Source: Candidatus Methanosuratincola mesotaenarum (GTDB lineage Archaea; Thermoproteota; Methanomethylicia; Methanomethylicales; Methanomethylicaceae). Taken from it: a DNA stretch of 64,000 nucleotides. The notes beneath the pieces were generated by a model. The model saw only the letters and a program-made list of their open reading frames with translations, did no database searches and was not told where the DNA came from. The translations under genes and the position numbers were made by a program. Numbering within the stretch: position 1 is the first letter of the stretch; each line of letters opens with the position of its first letter. The stretch lies in contig JAULTC010000002.1 of the NCBI GenBank assembly GCA_038801705.1, positions 3,072 to 67,071 of the forward strand. The letters are read 5' to 3'. Positions 60,245 to 64,000 of the stretch are shown piece by piece.

Positions 60245-62172
60245 TAAGACCCCTCCTCCAGTACAAAAGCACCCTGCGGGCAGACCGCTGTGCAGACGCC
60301 ACAGCCCGCGCAGTCGAGGGTCACCACGAACGATTTCTTCTTCTCCCGATCGAAACCGATCGCGGGGCACCCGAATGCAGCGACACAGGTCCTGCATCCG
60401 ATGCACTTCTCCGGGTCGACCCTGTACTTAGAGATCCGGATGCCCTGCCTCCTCGCCTTCCTCAGGTACTCCTGGGCGCAGAGTCGCCGGAATATCACCA
60501 CAGCAGGACCGTTAAATTTTATAGCATCTTCCATCGCCTTGACGCTGGAATTGAAGTCGTAAGGGTCGACTATCCTGACGAAGTCGATCCCGCAGGCACC
60601 GCACAGGTTCTCTATCATCACCTTCTTGGTTGGCTTCAATGTCGCGGTCTGGCCGCAGCCAGGGTGGGGCTGGTACCCGGTCATTGCGGTGACCTCGTTG
60701 TCCAAGACCATCACCTTTACATTTGCCTGGTTGAATGTCGCATTGATCAGCGCAGGGATCCCAGCATGATAGAAGGTGGAGTCCCCTATCGTTGCTATCA
60801 CAGGATCTGCGATCCCCGCCTTTGCGATCCCGTTGGCTATCCCTATGGAGCTGCCCATGCAGAAGACATCCTGCATGAAACGAAGTGGCGGGTACATACC
60901 CAGCGTGTAGCAACCTATGTCCCCTATGGCGATGTACCTGGCATTTGCAACATTCCTTGTTGCCTTCTTTGCAGCGTAGTATGCCGCCCTGTGGGGGCAG
61001 CCTGCGCACATCGTAAGCGTCCTCGGGGTGAGAAGAGCCGAGGCGGCTTCTGTGAGCCTCAGCTTCTCGGCAGGGGGCGAGCGCCTCTCGAGCCCCAGCA
61101 GCACAGCCAAGGCATCGTCTACGAGGGAGAAGTTCAGTTCACCCTCCCGCGGCAGGTGAGAGGAAAGCTTCCCGAAGATCTTGAGTGCAGGGTTGACACG
61201 CTTTACCAACGCGTCCAGGTGGCGTTCTATGAATGGCTCTCCCTCCTCGACGACTAGGATTTTATCGAAGCCCGAGATGAAGTCCGAGACAGTCTCTTCC
61301 GGGAATGGGTTCGATAAACCAAGTTTGAGGAAGCCCACCTTATCCCTTATCCCCCTGCCAGTAAGGGAATCCAGGACGTACCCGACGGGGGCTGAGGATG
61401 CGATCACCCCTAGGTCACCGATCGGGCGCTCCGGCTTCTCGGAATTGAAGAGGCCCAGCCTAGCTGCAACACCCTCGACCCGCTTCAGCTTCTCGTGCTG
61501 TGTCCTGTGCATCTTCGGAATGACCTTGGGGCCGACGATCCCTTCCCCGAGGACAAAGTCCCTATAGTAGTCATCCGAGAATTTGGGCTGCCTCTTCTCG
61601 CGGTGAATCTCACCAAAAATGCAATCTCCCCTCGAGTGGCAGATCCTAGTCACGAGCCTCAGCATGACGGGGAGACGGATCTCCTCAGAGACCGTAAGGG
61701 CGTGACCGACATAGTCCTTGGCCTCCTGGAAGTCGGATGGCTCGATCGCAGGGATCTCTGCCAGCAGTGCCATATACCGGTTGTCCTGCTCATTCGCTGA
61801 GCTGTGACCAGACGGGTCGTCCGCAGATATTAAAATCAGCCCGGCATCGAAGCCGTGGTAGACGGCGTGCATCAATGGGTCCATTATCCAGTTCGCCCCG
61901 ATGTGCTTCATCGAGGCTAGGCTCCGCTTGCCGCAGATGGCCCCGCCTATGGCGACCTCAAAGGCTACTTTCTCGTTCGTGGACCACTGGACATGCATAC
62001 CAACATCATCGGCAACCTCTGCCAATGTCTCCACGATCTCCGATGAAGGTGTTCCCGGATAGGCGGCGGCTATCTCAACATTGTGCTCGATTGCCCCCCT
62101 TGCAACTGCCTCGTTGCCGAGGAGGAGGTGCCTCGCCCCAGGCGAATCCTTGGCTACAACATTAGGCATCAT
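60244..62172 (-). CDS. iorA: indolepyruvate:ferredoxin oxidoreductase alpha subunit
   Basis: LLLGNEAVARGAIEH, TPP motif GDSTFYHAG, and a C-terminal 2x[4Fe-4S] (CIGCRTCVAAFGCP...CAGCGVCTAVCP). About 640 aa. Confidence 0.85.
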   Translation of the reverse strand: MMPNVVAKDSPGARHLLLGNEAVARGAIEHNVEIAAAYPGTPSSEIVETLAEVADDVGMHVQWSTNEKVAFEVAIGGAICGKRSLASMKHIGANWIMDPLMHAVYHGFDAGLILISADDPSGHSSANEQDNRYMALLAEIPAIEPSDFQEAKDYVGHALTVSEEIRLPVMLRLVTRICHSRGDCIFGEIHREKRQPKFSDDYYRDFVLGEGIVGPKVIPKMHRTQHEKLKRVEGVAARLGLFNSEKPERPIGDLGVIASSAPVGYVLDSLTGRGIRDKVGFLKLGLSNPFPEETVSDFISGFDKILVVEEGEPFIERHLDALVKRVNPALKIFGKLSSHLPREGELNFSLVDDALAVLLGLERRSPPAEKLRLTEAASALLTPRTLTMCAGCPHRAAYYAAKKATRNVANARYIAIGDIGCYTLGMYPPLRFMQDVFCMGSSIGIANGIAKAGIADPVIATIGDSTFYHAGIPALINATFNQANVKVMVLDNEVTAMTGYQPHPGCGQTATLKPTKKVMIENLCGACGIDFVRIVDPYDFNSSVKAMEDAIKFNGPAVVIFRRLCAQEYLRKARRQGIRISKYRVDPEKCIGCRTCVAAFGCPAIGFDREKKKSFVVTLDCAGCGVCTAVCPQGAFVLEEGS

Positions 62173-62526
62173 CTGCACCTGCGCCACAAAACAATAGGTG
62201 ACATGCGCCCATCCTTAAAAGGTTTGGGCTTCCGGCGGGCGTCTGTTAATAGACCACTTTCAGGCGTCAGCTCTTTCCCCGCCGGCATATCCTGTACTGG
62301 CCGCACTTGCTGCAGTTCGCTCCGGGCCAAGAGCCGAACCTCTTTTTCAAACCTCCTTTATCTCCTCCATCAGCCCAACCTCAGGGAGAGGCAACACCCC
62401 CAGCCAGCGAGAACACCCAAGACCACTGTGTTCGCGGCTATTTCTTCCGCCCTGCGGTTCTTTGAATAAATAAAGTATGGCATGGAGTTCCGGGATAATC
62501 TTTGGGCCCACGATGCCGCCCCCCCA

Positions 62527-62736
62527 TCACGAATTTGCTGTAGTCACCGTAAAACTTGGGTGCATAGGAGAGGCTACGACCTTCACATTGGACTCAGTCC
62601 ATCTAGCAATGGCTTCATTACCAAGAGAAGTGTCGGGAATTTTTGCTATAACGTGGGCCACTGCGGCATCACAACATTTCCCTATAGAAAATATAGAATA
62701 GACAATTGTTGTATGGGTAGCATCAGGAAGGCACAT
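62527..62736 (-). pseudogene. degenerate remnant of a 2-oxoacid:ferredoxin oxidoreductase alpha N-terminus
   Basis: Minus-strand translation IAKIPDTSLGNEAIARWTESNVKVVASPMHPSFTVTTANS parallels the iorA N-terminus VAKDSPGARHLLLGNEAVARGAIEHNVEIAAAYPGTPSSEIVETLAE, then diverges. Lies in a 600-bp region with no other gene. Confidence 0.3.
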
Positions 62737-62797
62737 TGATGCAATGTTCAGTGGGGAGAAGAAGCATTTTTAACGCACCCCTCCTCATCCATAGTTG

Positions 62798-63478
62798 ATG
62801 GTAGCCATGTCCAAGGAAATACTCGCCAGAGGTATGGAGAGAGGGTGGCTCCTTGAGCCGGAGGCGAAAGAGCTTTGCAGGTTATATGGTCTGCCGGTCG
62901 CCGAGTGGAGGGTAGTAAAGACTAGAGATGAGGCGCAGGCAGCCGGAACCGCCCTCGGATATCCAGTTGTTATGAAAATCGTGTCACCGGATGTAATTCA
63001 CAAGTCGGATGTCGGTGGTGTAGCCCTAAACGTCGAAGAGGGTTCCCTGAAAGAGGTGTTTGAGAGGATGGAAAGGGTTGCGGAGGAGAAGGGCTTCAGC
63101 TTCGAGGGCATACTCTTGGAGAAGATGGCGCCGCCAGGCGTGGAGACGATAATAGGTGCAAAGCGCGACCCCCAGTTCGGCCCTGTCCTGATGTTCGGTC
63201 TCGGCGGCATCTTCGTCGAGGTCTTCAAGGACGTCTCTTTCAGGGTCGCCCCAATAGAGAGGCAGGATGCAGAGGAGATGGTCGCTGAGCTGAAAGCATA
63301 CCCGCTTCTGAAGGGAGTCAGGGGAAGGAGACCGTCAGATGTCGGCAGCATTGTAGAAGCGCTCCTCAGAGTGTCCAATATGGTGACTGAGCTTGAGGAG
63401 ATCAGGGAGCTTGACCTGAACCCTGTGGTCGCATACGAGAAGGGGTGCAGGATATTGGATGCAAGGGTCATACTCTGA
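62798..63478 (+). CDS. acdB: acetate--CoA ligase (ADP-forming) beta subunit, ATP-grasp
   Basis: GYPVVMKIVSPDVIHKSDVGGVALNV, and a C-terminal ELDLNPVVA. About 225 aa. Confidence 0.75.
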   Translation: MVAMSKEILARGMERGWLLEPEAKELCRLYGLPVAEWRVVKTRDEAQAAGTALGYPVVMKIVSPDVIHKSDVGGVALNVEEGSLKEVFERMERVAEEKGFSFEGILLEKMAPPGVETIIGAKRDPQFGPVLMFGLGGIFVEVFKDVSFRVAPIERQDAEEMVAELKAYPLLKGVRGRRPSDVGSIVEALLRVSNMVTELEEIRELDLNPVVAYEKGCRILDARVIL

Positions 63479-63698
63479 GATCATCGAGGGGGGCTTCATG
63501 TAAGCTGGGCACACGCCGAGATTGATCGTGTAATTGCTTGTGCAAGCCATGTACATCTTCTTTCAGCGATTCCACAGCGCAGACCCATCATTTCCATATC
63601 ACAATAACATACGGCTCGTGCAAAGGCTGCGGGCCGATAGTGGTTTATGGCCGAAGGGGTTTATAGCCGCTCCGCCGGATACTGTATGGGGTTTTAAA

Positions 63699-64000
63699 TT
63701 GGAAAGGGATGTCATCGCTATAGGGAACATAAACATAGACCTCACTTTTTATACAAGGGAATACCCGGCAAGGGATTCGGAGACAGCGGCAGATGGATTT
63801 ATGGCTTCTCACGGGGGATCTGCTGCCAACTTTGCAGTGGGCATTTCGAGGCTTGGGGTCTCCTGTGGAATCGTCGGTTGTGTAGGCAGAGATGTCTTCG
63901 GCAGGATGGCTGTGGAGGAGTTGAAGCGCAATGGCGTTGGGACAGAGGAGATCCTTGAGTGCGAGATCGGGACAGGTGCGGTCGGCATTATAGTCGAGGG
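63699..64000 (+). CDS. PfkB-family carbohydrate/nucleoside kinase (5' part, runs off window)
   Basis: VIAIGNINIDL...GGSAANFAVGISRLG ribokinase-like N-terminus. The start is uncertain (TTG 63699 or upstream ATG 63549) and the 3' end is truncated by the window edge. Confidence 0.55.
   Translation, partial: MERDVIAIGNINIDLTFYTREYPARDSETAADGFMASHGGSAANFAVGISRLGVSCGIVGCVGRDVFGRMAVEELKRNGVGTEEILECEIGTGAVGIIVE

Noticed and set aside
62083-62469. 128-aa plus-strand ORF overlapping the iorA 5' end.
   Set aside because: Low-complexity Arg/Ser/Pro-rich translation that overlaps the iorA start on the other strand. Judged spurious.
1-64000. Mobile elements (transposase, integrase, IS inverted repeats) or prophage content.
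   Set aside because: No ORF with a DDE/tyrosine-recombinase signature and no flanking inverted repeats were found. The island looks like native chromosomal operons.

Overview
This 64-kb window comes from a GC-rich (~55-60%) archaeal chromosome. The archaeal assignment rests on TBP, RNAP subunit P, archaeal-type TIM, CDC48, HMG-CoA reductase, GatCAB, archaeal signal peptidase I and a fused ThiDN. Its main content is a dense methyl-coenzyme M reductase (Mcr) island:

- **Structural operon:** mcrB-mcrG-mcrA sits on the minus strand (33877..37673) with no mcrC or mcrD between the genes.
- **mcrD and mcrC:** their homologues lie ~25 kb away (7780..8771) in a separate minus-strand operon.
- **Activation operon:** that mcrDC operon is divergent from a plus-strand operon of Mmp3-like, two small Mmp-like genes, a 300-aa Mmp-like gene and a double-ABC component-A2 (atwA-like) ATPase. 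The A2 gene is translationally coupled to a RACo-type protein (2Fe-2S ferredoxin plus ASKHA ATPase) and followed by an unknown 181-aa ORF.
- **Second cluster:** 26274..32099 encodes a BadF/BcrA-type ATPase (Mmp15-like), ycaO-tfuA (McrA thioglycine installation), a second A2-like double-ABC ATPase with an inserted Cys4 zinc ribbon, and a convergent PurM-like (Mmp2-like) gene.
- **Immediately upstream of mcrBGA (same strand):** an XRE-type regulator and a NitT/TauT-type ABC transporter (nitrate/sulfonate/taurine or HMP family).

Other content includes:

- thiamine genes (thiDN divergent from a ThiR-like regulator);
- porGDAB, iorAB and an ADP-forming acetyl-CoA synthetase beta subunit;
- agmatinase, nadE, trpB2, tpiA, leuA/cimA and a DRG GTPase;
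- cdc48 divergent from hsp20;
- a papain-like peptidase / PKD-domain surface protein interrupted by an in-frame TAA;
- a short degenerate remnant of an iorA N-terminus;
- a 42-bp tandem direct repeat.

No tRNA, rRNA, CRISPR array or transposase was recognised. Many start codons appear to be GTG or TTG. All calls are made by eye from motifs and remembered family sequences, without database searches.
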